A stretch of 64,000 bases of DNA, from contig JAZQXN010000004.1 of the NCBI GenBank assembly GCA_045632875.1, forward strand, positions 40,030-104,029, in the 5' to 3' direction. Under the pieces are notes generated by a model. That model saw nothing but the letters and a program-made list of their open reading frames with translations, made no database searches and was not told the DNA's origin. The position numbers and the translations under genes are program-made. This document shows, one piece after another, positions 1 through 10,644 of this stretch. The stretch's first letter is position 1, and the number at the start of each line of letters is the position of its first letter. This DNA comes from Lachnospiraceae bacterium. Lineage in GTDB: Bacteria; Bacillota; Clostridia; Lachnospirales; Lachnospiraceae.

Positions 1-4
1 TAGA

Positions 5-364
5 ATTTCCTAAGCCGCTTATGGCGGACATATTTATTACTTATATTTTTCCAAAATTACACAATCACGAGTTGTATGTCTACGGTTTGAAAAACACTTT
101 CAGAAGAACCGTAGTTTCTCTTACGCGGACAAGGCGAGTGAAATGGCATGTGGCGAAAAACTGTTTGAGCATCGGATGTTCTTTTGTTTTTTCCAAAATG
201 TGAATGCGAGTTTTTTTCGCCACATGGAATAATCATCATGAGCCTGTCCGCTTAGAGAAACAAGGTTGTTTTGACTGGTGTTTTTCCCCGTGGAGCATAC
301 AATCGTGCTGGTGTAAAAGTGGAAAAACATAAGCCTATTAGTCCGCCATAAGCGGCTTGGAAAT
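5..364. repeat. Long imperfect palindrome (rod hairpin), REPIN/MITE-like
   Basis: Perfect 18-bp inverted repeat AAGCCGCTTATGGCGGAC (12-29 / 341-358), plus nested complementary blocks 40-53/320-333, 66-85/288-307, 89-98/277-286, 114-135/242-261 and 147-160/213-226. Confidence 0.8.
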
Positions 365-424
365 GCTGACTTTTCCAGAATCAAATCCAACGCAAACAAA
401 ATAGAATTCCATTAATTAAGAGCA

Positions 425-456
425 TAAAACAAGAGGCCGTTTTGCAACGGCCCCTT
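425..456 (-). terminator. Intrinsic terminator after trpS
   Basis: GGCCGTT/AACGGCC stem followed by a T-rich run on the minus strand. Confidence 0.65.
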
Positions 457-491
457 CATTTTTTTTAAAACTCTTATAAAATAGTTTTCAC

Positions 492-1583
492 TTATTTATT
501 CCTATATTTCTCTGCCTGTGCCGCAATCAAATCCTTATCTTCAAAGTAGTTAATTCCCATTGCCGCCTTAATCTCTGCCATGGTTTTTTCTCCTTTTGCT
601 CTGGCAGCTTCAGTGCCTTTACGAAGCACATCGTATACTGCCGGGATGTCCTGTTCCCATTTTGCTCTCCGTTCGCGGATTGGAGCCAGTTCATCTTCTA
701 AGACAGAGTTTAAGAAACGTTTAATCTTAACGTCACCTAAACCACCACGCTGATAGTGCGCTTTTAATTCATCTAAGTTCTTGTATTCCGGCCAGAACAT
801 TTCAAAATGTCTGTCTTCGCAAAATGCATCAAGATAAGTAAATACTACGTTTCCTTCAATCTTACCCGGATCTTCTACACGGATATGGTCAGGGTCGGTA
901 AACATGCTCATAACTTTCTTCTTAACATCTTCCGGTGTGTCAGAAAGATAGATGCAGTTTCCTAATGACTTGCTCATTTTTGCCTTTCCGTCAATGCCCG
1001 GCAAACGCAAACAAGTCTTGTTAGTCGGAAGCAATTCCTTTGGTTCCACTAAGATGCCTTCCCCATAAATATTTCCAAAGCTTCTTACGATTTCTCTGGT
1101 CTGTTCAATCATTGGAAGCTGGTCTTCACCAACCGGTACGGTATCTGCCTTAAATAAGGTGATATCTGCTGCCTGACTGATTGGATAGGTGTAAAATCCA
1201 ACCGGAATGCTTGCCTGGAAATCACGCATTTTAATTTCCTGTTTTACGGTAGGGTTTCTCTGCAAACGTGCCACTGTAACAAGGTTCATATAATAAAAAC
1301 TTAATTCACATAGTTCCTGAATCTGGGACTGAATGAAAATATGGCATTTCTCCGGGTCCAGTCCGCAGGATAAATAATCTAATGCAACTTCAATAATGTT
1401 CTGTCTGATTTTTTCCGGATTATCTGCATTGTCGGTTAATGCCTGAGCATCTGCAATCATAATATAAATTTCATTATATTCTCCGGAATTTTGTAATTCT
1501 ACTCTTCTTTTCAAGGAACCTACATAGTGTCCGATGTGCAATTTTCCTGTAGGTCTGTCCCCTGTTAATATAATCTTGCTCAT
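492..1583 (-). CDS. trpS: Tryptophanyl-tRNA synthetase
   Basis: [13 protein letters not shown] (HIGH), VPVGEDQ and KMSKS motifs. Confidence 0.97.
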   Translation of the reverse strand: MSKIILTGDRPTGKLHIGHYVGSLKRRVELQNSGEYNEIYIMIADAQALTDNADNPEKIRQNIIEVALDYLSCGLDPEKCHIFIQSQIQELCELSFYYMNLVTVARLQRNPTVKQEIKMRDFQASIPVGFYTYPISQAADITLFKADTVPVGEDQLPMIEQTREIVRSFGNIYGEGILVEPKELLPTNKTCLRLPGIDGKAKMSKSLGNCIYLSDTPEDVKKKVMSMFTDPDHIRVEDPGKIEGNVVFTYLDAFCEDRHFEMFWPEYKNLDELKAHYQRGGLGDVKIKRFLNSVLEDELAPIRERRAKWEQDIPAVYDVLRKGTEAARAKGEKTMAEIKAAMGINYFEDKDLIAAQAEKYRNK

Positions 1584-1606
1584 AATAGTATTTCCTTTTC
1601 TATTTA

Positions 1607-2689
1607 TTAAAATGACCGAATCACTTCGTCATTCATCGCCTTCACTACTTCCACCGCTAACTGCACGGTAGCCTCAAAATCCTCATAAGAAGTAATGCCG
1701 TGATGGGAATGGATATAACGCACCGGAACACCTGCTACGATTACCGGGATTCCGTCGTAGGCTGTATTGATGACTGCGCCGTTGTTACCACCGCCTTCAC
1801 GGACAGAGGACTGAATCTTTAAGCCTTTTTCCTCTGCCAGATCAAGTGTAAATCTCTGATAACGCGGACTGCAAATAATAGACACGTCCATGAAGCGAAT
1901 CATTGGCCCTTTCTTTAATGCGGTCTGAATGGCATAGCTTTCAGTAAATGTATCATCCGCCGGACAGCCTTCAAAGCAGAATGCGATCTTCGGGTTTACA
2001 TGATTTACTGCTACCTTTGCCCCCCTTTCTCCCACTTCTTCTTGTGAAGACAATACGCCTACTAAATCCACGGCCAAATCTTCATCTGCCAGTCTTCGGA
2101 AGGCTTCCATTAAAGCTGCTGCCCCGATTCGACAGTCAAAGGCTTTGCCCATCATAACATCCCTGTCTTCATCATAGGAAAAAGTCACATCCGGTACAAT
2201 CGGTTCTCCAATTCGGATACCGAACACTTCCTCTGCTTCCTTCGCACTGGTAGCCCCTACATCAATGGACATATCCTTTATAGATAGTGGTGCAGTTCCT
2301 GCTTTTTCCGCTGCAGACATAAAATGCACCGGTTTATTTGCAATAATGCCCGGAATGTATTCTCCGAATTTATTTCTAATGCGAACCTTAGAAGACGGCA
2401 ACGCTGTCGGTGCAAAGCCTCCCAAAGTTACGAAACGTATCGTCCCGTTTGGTCTTATGGAATGCACCATAAATCCCACCTCGTCACTATGTGCATCCAA
2501 CATGAAAAGTGGCTTGTCACCTGTATTTTTCTTACGCCAGAGGTAAAGATTCCTCAAACAATCTTCTTCCACATTTGCCATATCACCCACGTACTGACGG
2601 GCTACGGTTAAGACATCATCTTCAAAGCCGGACGGCCCAAATGCATTGGATAAATCCCTGATTAAAGCTACATGCTCCTGTTTGTTCAT
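1607..2689 (-). CDS. M42 family (TET-like) metallo-aminopeptidase
   Basis: [25 protein letters not shown] and RYIHS motifs; start moved to ATG 2689, which has AAGGAGG/AAGGAG SD sequences upstream. Confidence 0.88.
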   Translation of the reverse strand: MNKQEHVALIRDLSNAFGPSGFEDDVLTVARQYVGDMANVEEDCLRNLYLWRKKNTGDKPLFMLDAHSDEVGFMVHSIRPNGTIRFVTLGGFAPTALPSSKVRIRNKFGEYIPGIIANKPVHFMSAAEKAGTAPLSIKDMSIDVGATSAKEAEEVFGIRIGEPIVPDVTFSYDEDRDVMMGKAFDCRIGAAALMEAFRRLADEDLAVDLVGVLSSQEEVGERGAKVAVNHVNPKIAFCFEGCPADDTFTESYAIQTALKKGPMIRFMDVSIICSPRYQRFTLDLAEEKGLKIQSSVREGGGNNGAVINTAYDGIPVIVAGVPVRYIHSHHGITSYEDFEATVQLAVEVVKAMNDEVIRSF

Positions 2690-2702
2690 ACTCCTTGCCT
2701 CC

Positions 2703-5375
2703 TTATTCTGCATCTTCTTTATATTTTATTAAATCTAACTCCCCTTGTAAAGAAGTTCTTATGCTTGGATTTTTTTCCAGATACCGTTCTTCTATTTCTT
2801 TACCGGTATATTGTAATTCTGCCAGCAAATCTCTTGCGGATAAACGTCTGCAACCATGTCCCTGAATAATTATCTGCTCTAATGCATCCGAAGTAGCCAC
2901 AGTCACATCATACTTTTTGGCGATTTCATGCGTGACTTTTTCAATGTACTGATCTGCCGTTTCGGACTCCTTGGTAAATACCAGGTTAATATTACGGTAT
3001 TTTTCATATTCTGTCTGATGTCCCACTACCTTATAAGCATCATAAACCACAATAATTGTATTATTCTTATAGCCTTGATAATTGCAAAGCATATCCTGTA
3101 GCTTTCCACGGGCACCATCCATGTTTATATCTGCCAGTTCTTTCAAATCCGGCCATGCCATAATTATATTATAACCATCCACCACCAAATACTCAGGACG
3201 TTTTTCCTTTGGTTTGTAGTTATATTCCACCTTCGGAAGACGATCTTCTTTTTTCACAAAAGCCTGTGGAAGCTTTGTTTTTACCGTTCCGTAGGTCTGT
3301 TCAAAAATGGCCTTTAATTCCTTTTCTGTTTCCCAGCTATCTCCGGTCTGACCGCCATTCCCCTTTGCATTATAATTTTTCCGTGCTACATTCCGTTTAT
3401 GGGCTTCTTCTAAGCGAAGCCGCTCTTCTTCCAGACGTTCTTCCTCCGTCATAATCTCTCCCCGGTTTCGAAGGGGGATATGCATATGTTCCTCCACTTC
3501 ATACCAAGGAATCAGCAATCCCGCTCCGTGACTGGTAAATACAGAGTCCGCAGAGTTTTCCACATCTTCTTCCGGAATATAACCAATTCTTGCAATCACG
3601 TCATCTGTATTATGACATTCCTTATAACCGTTTAACACACACTGCAACTGACCTTTTCCGCCGGAATAGGATGCCAATGTTGTGTGATAACCATGCATGG
3701 TGGCTACCGGCACAATTCCCTCTAAGACTGCCACATCGCCTTGTTGCATCGGCGGTTCAAAGGTTCCCTTCATATTTTCAATATCCGTCATGGCTCTTCC
3801 TACAAGTGCTGCCGGAAGGGTGAGTGTGTACTTATAAACCGGCTCCAATAGTACACTTTTTGCCTTCATTAATCCCTGACGGACACTGCGATAAGTGGCT
3901 TGTCGGAAATCTCCTCCTTCGGTGTGCTTTAAGTGGGCACGTCCGCTAAGAAGAGTAATCCTCATATCTGTAATACTGCTGCCGGTCAGGACGCCTTTAT
4001 GAGCTTTCTCTTCCAAATGGGTCAATATCAGCCTTTGCCAATTTCTATCCAACTCATCCAAACTGCAATCCGCCTCAAAAATCAAACCTTTTCCTCTCTC
4101 CAACGGCTCTAACAACAGATGAACCTCTGCATAGTGTCGAAGAGGTTCATAATGACCCACCCCCTCAACCACATCCGCTATGGTTTCCTTATAGACGATA
4201 TTGCCGGCACCGAATTCCACCGGCACTGCAAATCGGTCCATAATCATATGACGAAGCACATCCAATTGCACTTCCCCCATAATTTGAACCTCCAACTGTT
4301 TTTGTCTTTCATTATAGGTAATGTGCAATTGAGGATCTTCTTCCTCTAATTCTTTTAATTTCTTTTCCATTACCAATACATCAATGTGGTCAGGAAAGAT
4401 TAATGAATAATTCATAACCGGAGCCAAAGACGGTGTAATTCCGTCTTTTTCCAAGCCTAATCCCTGTCCCGGGTAAGTAGCCGACAATCCTGTAACCGCA
4501 ACCACACTACCTGCATTTACTTCATTTACCGCTGTAAAACGGTTTCCGCTATATATTCGAATCTGGTTGATTTTCTCCTCGCCCAGACTATCTTTCACTT
4601 TTAAACTGCCTCCGGTAATCTTCATATGGGTCAAACGATTTCCCATCTCATCCCTGGAAATCTTATATACTTTTGCTCCAAACTGATGTCTGTACTTTGG
4701 CAATAGGGTATACTTTTTCAATCCCTGCAAAAACCCTTCAATCCCCTGCAATTTTAATGCAGAGCCAAAATAACACGGGAAGATTTCTCTATTCAAAATA
4801 CTTGCAGCAATCTGTTCATCAGAGACCTTACCCTCTTCCAAATACTCTGCCATGACCTGTTCATTTGCCATAGCCACTTCTTCATAAAAATCATTTGTGG
4901 TATCTTCTTCAAAATCCACGCAATTAGTAGTAAGACTTTGTTTGATTTCCTCTATCAAGGCATCCTTGTGAGTATCCGGCTGGTCCATTTTGTTTATAAA
5001 TAAAAAAACAGGAACTTTATATTTTTTCAACAAGTTCCATAAAGTCAGGGTATGTCCCTGAATACCATCGGAGCCGCTGATTACCAGTAAGGCATAATCA
5101 AGCACCTGAAGGGTCCGTTCCATCTCCGTGGAAAAATCCACATGTCCCGGGGTATCCAATAATGTTATGTTTTTTTCGTCTATGGAAAGCTCTGCCTGTT
5201 TGGAAAAAATGGTAATCCCTCTTTCTCTCTCCAGGGCATAGGTATCTAAGAACGCGTCCTGATTATCGACCCGTCCTAATTTCCGGATGTTTCCGCAAGT
5301 ATAAAGCATTGCTTCGGAAAGTGTAGTCTTGCCTGCGTCTACATGGGCAAGGATACCTACTACTGTATGACTCAT
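2703..5375 (-). CDS. EF-G/TetM-like translational GTPase fused to a C-terminal NYN (YacP/Rae1) ribonuclease domain
   Basis: G1 AHVDAGKTT, G2 RGIT, G3 DTPGH and G4 NKMD; C-terminal LVVDGYN...ETADQYIE...VATSD; start at ATG 5375 after GGAG. Confidence 0.88.
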   Translation of the reverse strand: MSHTVVGILAHVDAGKTTLSEAMLYTCGNIRKLGRVDNQDAFLDTYALERERGITIFSKQAELSIDEKNITLLDTPGHVDFSTEMERTLQVLDYALLVISGSDGIQGHTLTLWNLLKKYKVPVFLFINKMDQPDTHKDALIEEIKQSLTTNCVDFEEDTTNDFYEEVAMANEQVMAEYLEEGKVSDEQIAASILNREIFPCYFGSALKLQGIEGFLQGLKKYTLLPKYRHQFGAKVYKISRDEMGNRLTHMKITGGSLKVKDSLGEEKINQIRIYSGNRFTAVNEVNAGSVVAVTGLSATYPGQGLGLEKDGITPSLAPVMNYSLIFPDHIDVLVMEKKLKELEEEDPQLHITYNERQKQLEVQIMGEVQLDVLRHMIMDRFAVPVEFGAGNIVYKETIADVVEGVGHYEPLRHYAEVHLLLEPLERGKGLIFEADCSLDELDRNWQRLILTHLEEKAHKGVLTGSSITDMRITLLSGRAHLKHTEGGDFRQATYRSVRQGLMKAKSVLLEPVYKYTLTLPAALVGRAMTDIENMKGTFEPPMQQGDVAVLEGIVPVATMHGYHTTLASYSGGKGQLQCVLNGYKECHNTDDVIARIGYIPEEDVENSADSVFTSHGAGLLIPWYEVEEHMHIPLRNRGEIMTEEERLEEERLRLEEAHKRNVARKNYNAKGNGGQTGDSWETEKELKAIFEQTYGTVKTKLPQAFVKKEDRLPKVEYNYKPKEKRPEYLVVDGYNIIMAWPDLKELADINMDGARGKLQDMLCNYQGYKNNTIIVVYDAYKVVGHQTEYEKYRNINLVFTKESETADQYIEKVTHEIAKKYDVTVATSDALEQIIIQGHGCRRLSARDLLAELQYTGKEIEERYLEKNPSIRTSLQGELDLIKYKEDAE

Positions 5376-5489
5376 GATTCTCTCCATATCTATGCCTGCG
5401 AAGTCTAAACGGCCCCGCAGGCATTATTTTTGTTACAAATCGTCTGTTCTCAACAAAATCATTAACGATTTTTAATTATATGGTTTTAA

Positions 5490-8297
5490 CTAACGATTGC
5501 GAATCGCATCAATCGGTCGTTTTGCCGCAATGGCACGAACCGGAATAAAGCTTGCCAGGAATGCAACTGCAATACTAATTATAAATATTAATGCAATCTG
5601 TCTGATACCAAAGGTAAGAACCGTTACCAGAATTCCCACCTGTGTACGGAGTATCCAGTTAATCATAAAGGTAATAACACCTACGCCCATACTGGATAAT
5701 ACAAAGTTTGTCATCGCAATGATAAAGCTTTCTGAAAAGAAAATGCGGAATACGTCATTTCCTCTGGAACCAATCGCACGAAGAATACCGATTTCCTGCT
5801 TCTTGTACGCAATACTTGTAGAAATAAAGTTTGCTAACATAATAGATGCAAAAATTGCAAATCCCACACCTATTCCAAGGAATACTTTGGCCAATACCTG
5901 AAGCACTTCGTGAATCATATCTAATTCATAGGTTACAGGGTTTTCCAATTCACAACGGTATTTTACTTCGTCGTTATAACAACATTCTACCAAAGTGGTG
6001 ATTTCTTCTTTTGTTTCCGGCATTGCACCTACTGCAAAATCATAAATACCCATATCTTCCGGATCAATAAACCTTGCAAGTAATTTGTCATTTACAAAGA
6101 ATGTCCAGCTATATTCCGGATATTTCTCTGCATCAATAACACCAACAATCTTATATCCGTCGCCTTCAACATACTGGTCCGCAGAATCCCATCCGTTAAT
6201 GGACAAATCGCCGAATGGTGCAAGTACTGCCTTGATTTCTTCTGCAGTCATGCCCTCAATTGTTGTGCCTTCTCCGTTTTCACCGTATGTATACAGGCAG
6301 TCTGAAGCAATAATAATTTCCTTTTCTCCAAGAGAGGTCTTTTTGCCTTCTAACCAGATAATTTCACAATCCTTGATTTCATCCAGCGTTCCCAAATAGT
6401 TGGCATTGGTTTCTACCCACATATCATCGGAATTATTTGTTCCGTAGAACCATACCCAGGAATTCATCATTTCATAGGTTCTCGGTTCATTGGCCAGAAT
6501 TTCGTCCAGATGACCATCTCCTACCACTGCAACAGACATAAAACTATATGTCTGTAAGTAGTTTAATTCTGTTGCCATTGCATACAGTACAATGGTTTCT
6601 GCATCAGACAAAGGAGCATCTTCTGTTTTTAATACGGAATATCTCTCCCAGTCAATATCAAAATCCAAAATACCGGAAATAGTATATGGTGTCTCATTAA
6701 TATAAAGAATCTTTCCTACCATTTCTTCCGGTTTTGTAATTTTTTCATAAACCGGTTCTTTTGCATAAAGAGCTTCCATCTCTTCAGCGGTAATATCCGG
6801 GTTCTGTAACGGCAGAACATAGTTGGTATAATAATCATAATATCCTGCTTCTATAAAGCTCTGACAAACATATGCCGGAATTGCGATTTCATTTTTGCTG
6901 CCGTCCGGATAGGTTCCTGCAATCAAAGTTGCACCGGTTGCTTCGATGGCATCTTTATCTAACTCTGCCAAACCGGAAAACTCTGTGCTGTAAACAGAAT
7001 ACAAATATTTACTAAGCGCTTTTCCGTCTAAAAAGGCGTCAAACCCAAGATGTGTGTCTCTTGGATAAATAACACCGGTTAAAGATACCCCTGTTTCCTC
7101 TTTGAACTTAATCAGGTCATCATCATCCAGTTTATAGCCCCAGCTGCTGTAATAAGGCTGAAGACCATTATCAAACCGCTTTGCCTGTTTTACGCTAACG
7201 TAATCAATAGCAGAGTCCATAATGGAATTTACACAGGTTTCTACATGGTTATATGCACCAAAAGTATCTGCTAAACCAAATAAATTAAATGCAATAACAG
7301 ATAATAAAATGGTAACTGCTAAACGGAATTTTTTATGTTTTAAGCCGCTGGCACCGATTTTAAATGCATTTTTCAGTGGCAATTTTGATTTAATTAATTT
7401 AAACGGACTCTTATCCAGCCATTCAATAGTGCTTTCATCTGTCGGACGGGACTTTCTTGCCAGGAAATTGTCTCCCACAATATCCATATCAATGGTTCCT
7501 GCGTGAACACTTTCCAAGAATTTGTTAATAGCAATTCTGTCTTCTTCCGTTAACTGATAATCAGATGCAATAGCAATATGATCTTCAAAGAAATGTATCT
7601 TACTCTCTACCATTTCCCCGGAACGGTCGTATTCAATATCACGAATAACCTTGCCGTCCGCAAGTTCAATAACACGGTCACCATAATTCTGGGCAAATTC
7701 ACGGTCGTGGGAAACTACAATCACCAGTTTATCCTGGGAAAGTTTCTTCAAAGTGTCCAAAACCTGACGTCCTGTAGCTGAGTCTAGAGCTCCTGTCGGC
7801 TCGTCTGCCATAATAATCTTAGGATTTTTAACCAACGCTCTGGCAATAGCTACTCTTTGTTTCTGTCCTCCGGAAAGTTCATTTGGTCTACGGTTTCCAT
7901 AGCCTTCTAAATCCACCTGTGCCAAGATTTCGTTTAAGCGTTCGTTTGTTGCTTTTTGTCCTTGTAATTCCAAAGCTAAAGCAATATTTGCGCCCACGGT
8001 AAACTCTTCAAGCACATTGTACTCCTGGAAGATAAATCCCACATAAGTATTTCTGTAGGAGTCATAATAAGACTGTTTAAACTTTTTTGTGGACTGACCC
8101 TTGACCAGAATATCTCCGGAGTCGTATCTGTCCAATCCTCCAAGTAAGTTTAACAATGTGGATTTACCACTTCCGGACCTACCAAGTAAAAAGACCATTC
8201 CTGTTTCCGGAAACTTTAACGATACATCGTTAACTGCCATGACCGGCACTCCTCTTTTCGGCCGGTAAGTTTTACATAGATTACGTACTTCTAACAT
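5490..8297 (-). CDS. MacB/FtsX-type ABC transporter, fused ATPase and permease with a large extracellular domain
   Basis: [17 protein letters not shown] and ADEPTGALD; C-terminal EIGILRAIG and TM helices. Confidence 0.88.
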   Translation of the reverse strand: MLEVRNLCKTYRPKRGVPVMAVNDVSLKFPETGMVFLLGRSGSGKSTLLNLLGGLDRYDSGDILVKGQSTKKFKQSYYDSYRNTYVGFIFQEYNVLEEFTVGANIALALELQGQKATNERLNEILAQVDLEGYGNRRPNELSGGQKQRVAIARALVKNPKIIMADEPTGALDSATGRQVLDTLKKLSQDKLVIVVSHDREFAQNYGDRVIELADGKVIRDIEYDRSGEMVESKIHFFEDHIAIASDYQLTEEDRIAINKFLESVHAGTIDMDIVGDNFLARKSRPTDESTIEWLDKSPFKLIKSKLPLKNAFKIGASGLKHKKFRLAVTILLSVIAFNLFGLADTFGAYNHVETCVNSIMDSAIDYVSVKQAKRFDNGLQPYYSSWGYKLDDDDLIKFKEETGVSLTGVIYPRDTHLGFDAFLDGKALSKYLYSVYSTEFSGLAELDKDAIEATGATLIAGTYPDGSKNEIAIPAYVCQSFIEAGYYDYYTNYVLPLQNPDITAEEMEALYAKEPVYEKITKPEEMVGKILYINETPYTISGILDFDIDWERYSVLKTEDAPLSDAETIVLYAMATELNYLQTYSFMSVAVVGDGHLDEILANEPRTYEMMNSWVWFYGTNNSDDMWVETNANYLGTLDEIKDCEIIWLEGKKTSLGEKEIIIASDCLYTYGENGEGTTIEGMTAEEIKAVLAPFGDLSINGWDSADQYVEGDGYKIVGVIDAEKYPEYSWTFFVNDKLLARFIDPEDMGIYDFAVGAMPETKEEITTLVECCYNDEVKYRCELENPVTYELDMIHEVLQVLAKVFLGIGVGFAIFASIMLANFISTSIAYKKQEIGILRAIGSRGNDVFRIFFSESFIIAMTNFVLSSMGVGVITFMINWILRTQVGILVTVLTFGIRQIALIFIISIAVAFLASFIPVRAIAAKRPIDAIRNR

Positions 8298-8299
8298 AT

Positions 8300-10639
8300 T
8301 TACCCCTCCATAAAATACAACCGGGATCCGAAGTCTTGATAAATGCGAACATTTTCATCAAGTCCCGTTCCTGCGAACCCCTGTTTAAGTTTAATTCCAC
8401 AATACATCAACATGTCCCCTGATGCAAGTTCATTTTCTACCTCTCCCGGAAGTTTAACAAACTTATCTATGGCGTTATGCAACAAAGAATCCTGCTTTAC
8501 ATAAACCGGAGAAATCATATTCACCAGACTTCCAAAGTCTTTGATTTTACATTTCTGCTCTATATTGTAAAAACGATAAACCGTATCTCCGTTCAAACCT
8601 TGAGGTTTCAAGCATACATAGCGGGTGTTAGGCTCAACCAAATACTGTACCATCATAGACACTGCCTTTGTTTGATCCGGGGACACACAAGTCCATTCCG
8701 TGTGATTATCATCCCAATCTTCCCCCCGGTAAAAATCACCAAACTGCAAGGTTTTCCGCCACTGCTTGTAAAGAGTAATCTGTTCTTTTATAACTTCCAA
8801 ATCCTCTTTTTTCATATCCTTTAAATTGCATTCATATCCCAGCACTCCAAAGGCAGCCACATTAAATCTGGTAGAAAGAGGCGTGGTTCTTAAGGTCTGA
8901 TGATTCGGTACTGCGGATACATGGGCACTAACTGTGCTCATCGGATATCCATAACTGTAACCGGTCTGCATTTTTGCACGGCACACCGCATCTGTATCGT
9001 CACTTGCCCAAATTTGCGGGAAGTAACATAAAATTCCCAAGTCAAAACGGTCTCCTCCGGAAGCACATCCTTCAAACAGAATATGTGGAAATCTGGTCAC
9101 TAATTCCTTCATCACTCTGTACAATCCCACAATGTAACGATGCGCCACTTCCTGCTGTCTGTCCGGTGGTAATTCTTTGGAATAATAATCCGTAAAATCA
9201 CGGTTCATATCCCATTTCACGTAAGAAATTTCTCCTGACGAGAAAACCTCCGTCATTTTCTCAATCAGGAAATCCTGTACGTCTTTTCTTGTTAAATCTA
9301 AAATCCGCTGGTGCCTTCCTTCGGAATGAAGTCCTACCGGAGCTTCTATGGTCCAATCCGGATGTTCCCTGTATAGATTGCTGTCCGTATTTACCATTTC
9401 CGGCTCTACCCATACACCGAATTCCATTCCAAGGGCTTTTATTTTTTCACTTAAACCTTTGAGGCCTTTTGGGAATTTTTTCTTGTTTACATCCCAGTCT
9501 CCAAGACCTTTTGTATCATTTTCCCGGTCGCCAAACCAACCGTCATCTAACACAAACAGTTCAATTCCTACTTCTTTTCCTGCCTTGGCAAGACTTAGGA
9601 GTTTCCGTTCGTTTATCTTAAAATAGCAGGCCTCCCAACTATTCAACAACACCGGGCGCTCTTTATATTTCCACTGCCCACGGACAATATGCTCTCTTAC
9701 AAACCGGTGCATATTTTTGCTCATGGCATTAAATCCATTTGGGGAATAGGTCATCACTGCTTCCGGTGCTTCAAAGGCTTCCCCTTCTTCCAACAAATAG
9801 GAAAAATTCCGTGGATTAATACCACTTAAAAATCTGGTTTTTCCGTAAGCACTCACCTGTACTGCTTCAAAATGATTGCTACTGTAAATCAAATTAAATC
9901 CGAAACAATCACCGGCATTTTCCGTGGTATGTTCCTTGCTTAACATAACAAACGGATTTGCCCGGTTGGAGCTGTTTCCGGTAAATGAACTGACCACATG
10001 CATTCCGGAAGAAATCTTAACCTGCTGCCGTTTCATTTCTCTTGCCCACGCTCCTGTAAAGGAGGTAAGTACATATCCTGCCCTGTCAAAATCAATCTGG
10101 TTACTCATTAATCTTTTAATTTGTACCGATTCAGAACCGTAATTGATTAGGCGGGAGCTTCTGGTAATTACATCACAGTCCTCGTATACATAGTAATGCA
10201 ACTCCAGTTTTACCGGATAATTGCGGTCAATTAATGTAATGCATAAATGCTCCACTTCACCTTTTTCATCATAAGAACCCGGCAAGGTGGCAAACTCATC
10301 TTTTCCTTTTGTAATCTCCGCCTTTTCAAAAAGAAAATCTACAGAGGTATTGCCGTCTCCGTAAATAAGCTCTACAAAAGGCTCTCTAATGTCACCATGT
10401 CCCATACCCGACATTTCAAGGCGGATATCCTCTAATGCCAGCTTCGGATAGTTCTTATCGTCATAGCAAATTCCGTTCCCCGGTGGAAAAGCATACTTTT
10501 CTTTTAACGGCTCTATGTTCTGGACATAAATCTTTTTTCCATAATATAAATGCTCTAAATGACCTGTTTCCATTACATCAAAAGCATAGGTAGTATTTTT
10601 CGTATGTAATAAATACCCCGTATCTAATTTTGTAATCAT
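8300..10639 (-). CDS. Alpha-galactosidase, GH36
   Basis: NSWEA, FVLDDGWFG, WVEPEMV, YVKWDMNR, EGCASGG and WASDDTD motifs. Confidence 0.92.
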   Translation of the reverse strand: MITKLDTGYLLHTKNTTYAFDVMETGHLEHLYYGKKIYVQNIEPLKEKYAFPPGNGICYDDKNYPKLALEDIRLEMSGMGHGDIREPFVELIYGDGNTSVDFLFEKAEITKGKDEFATLPGSYDEKGEVEHLCITLIDRNYPVKLELHYYVYEDCDVITRSSRLINYGSESVQIKRLMSNQIDFDRAGYVLTSFTGAWAREMKRQQVKISSGMHVVSSFTGNSSNRANPFVMLSKEHTTENAGDCFGFNLIYSSNHFEAVQVSAYGKTRFLSGINPRNFSYLLEEGEAFEAPEAVMTYSPNGFNAMSKNMHRFVREHIVRGQWKYKERPVLLNSWEACYFKINERKLLSLAKAGKEVGIELFVLDDGWFGDRENDTKGLGDWDVNKKKFPKGLKGLSEKIKALGMEFGVWVEPEMVNTDSNLYREHPDWTIEAPVGLHSEGRHQRILDLTRKDVQDFLIEKMTEVFSSGEISYVKWDMNRDFTDYYSKELPPDRQQEVAHRYIVGLYRVMKELVTRFPHILFEGCASGGDRFDLGILCYFPQIWASDDTDAVCRAKMQTGYSYGYPMSTVSAHVSAVPNHQTLRTTPLSTRFNVAAFGVLGYECNLKDMKKEDLEVIKEQITLYKQWRKTLQFGDFYRGEDWDDNHTEWTCVSPDQTKAVSMMVQYLVEPNTRYVCLKPQGLNGDTVYRFYNIEQKCKIKDFGSLVNMISPVYVKQDSLLHNAIDKFVKLPGEVENELASGDMLMYCGIKLKQGFAGTGLDENVRIYQDFGSRLYFMEG

Positions 10640-10644
10640 AATCC

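Noticed and set aside
21-399. Short ORFs within the opening palindrome
   Set aside because: No convincing SD or recognisable domains; better explained as incidental frames in structured non-coding DNA
1584-1606. T-box leader for trpS
   Set aside because: Only 23 bp separate trpS from the upstream peptidase gene; no T-box motif
2703-5375. Tetracycline-resistance gene (tetM/tetO)
   Set aside because: Much longer than ribosomal protection proteins, has a NYN fusion, and sits in a housekeeping context with no mobile element; resistance is not supported
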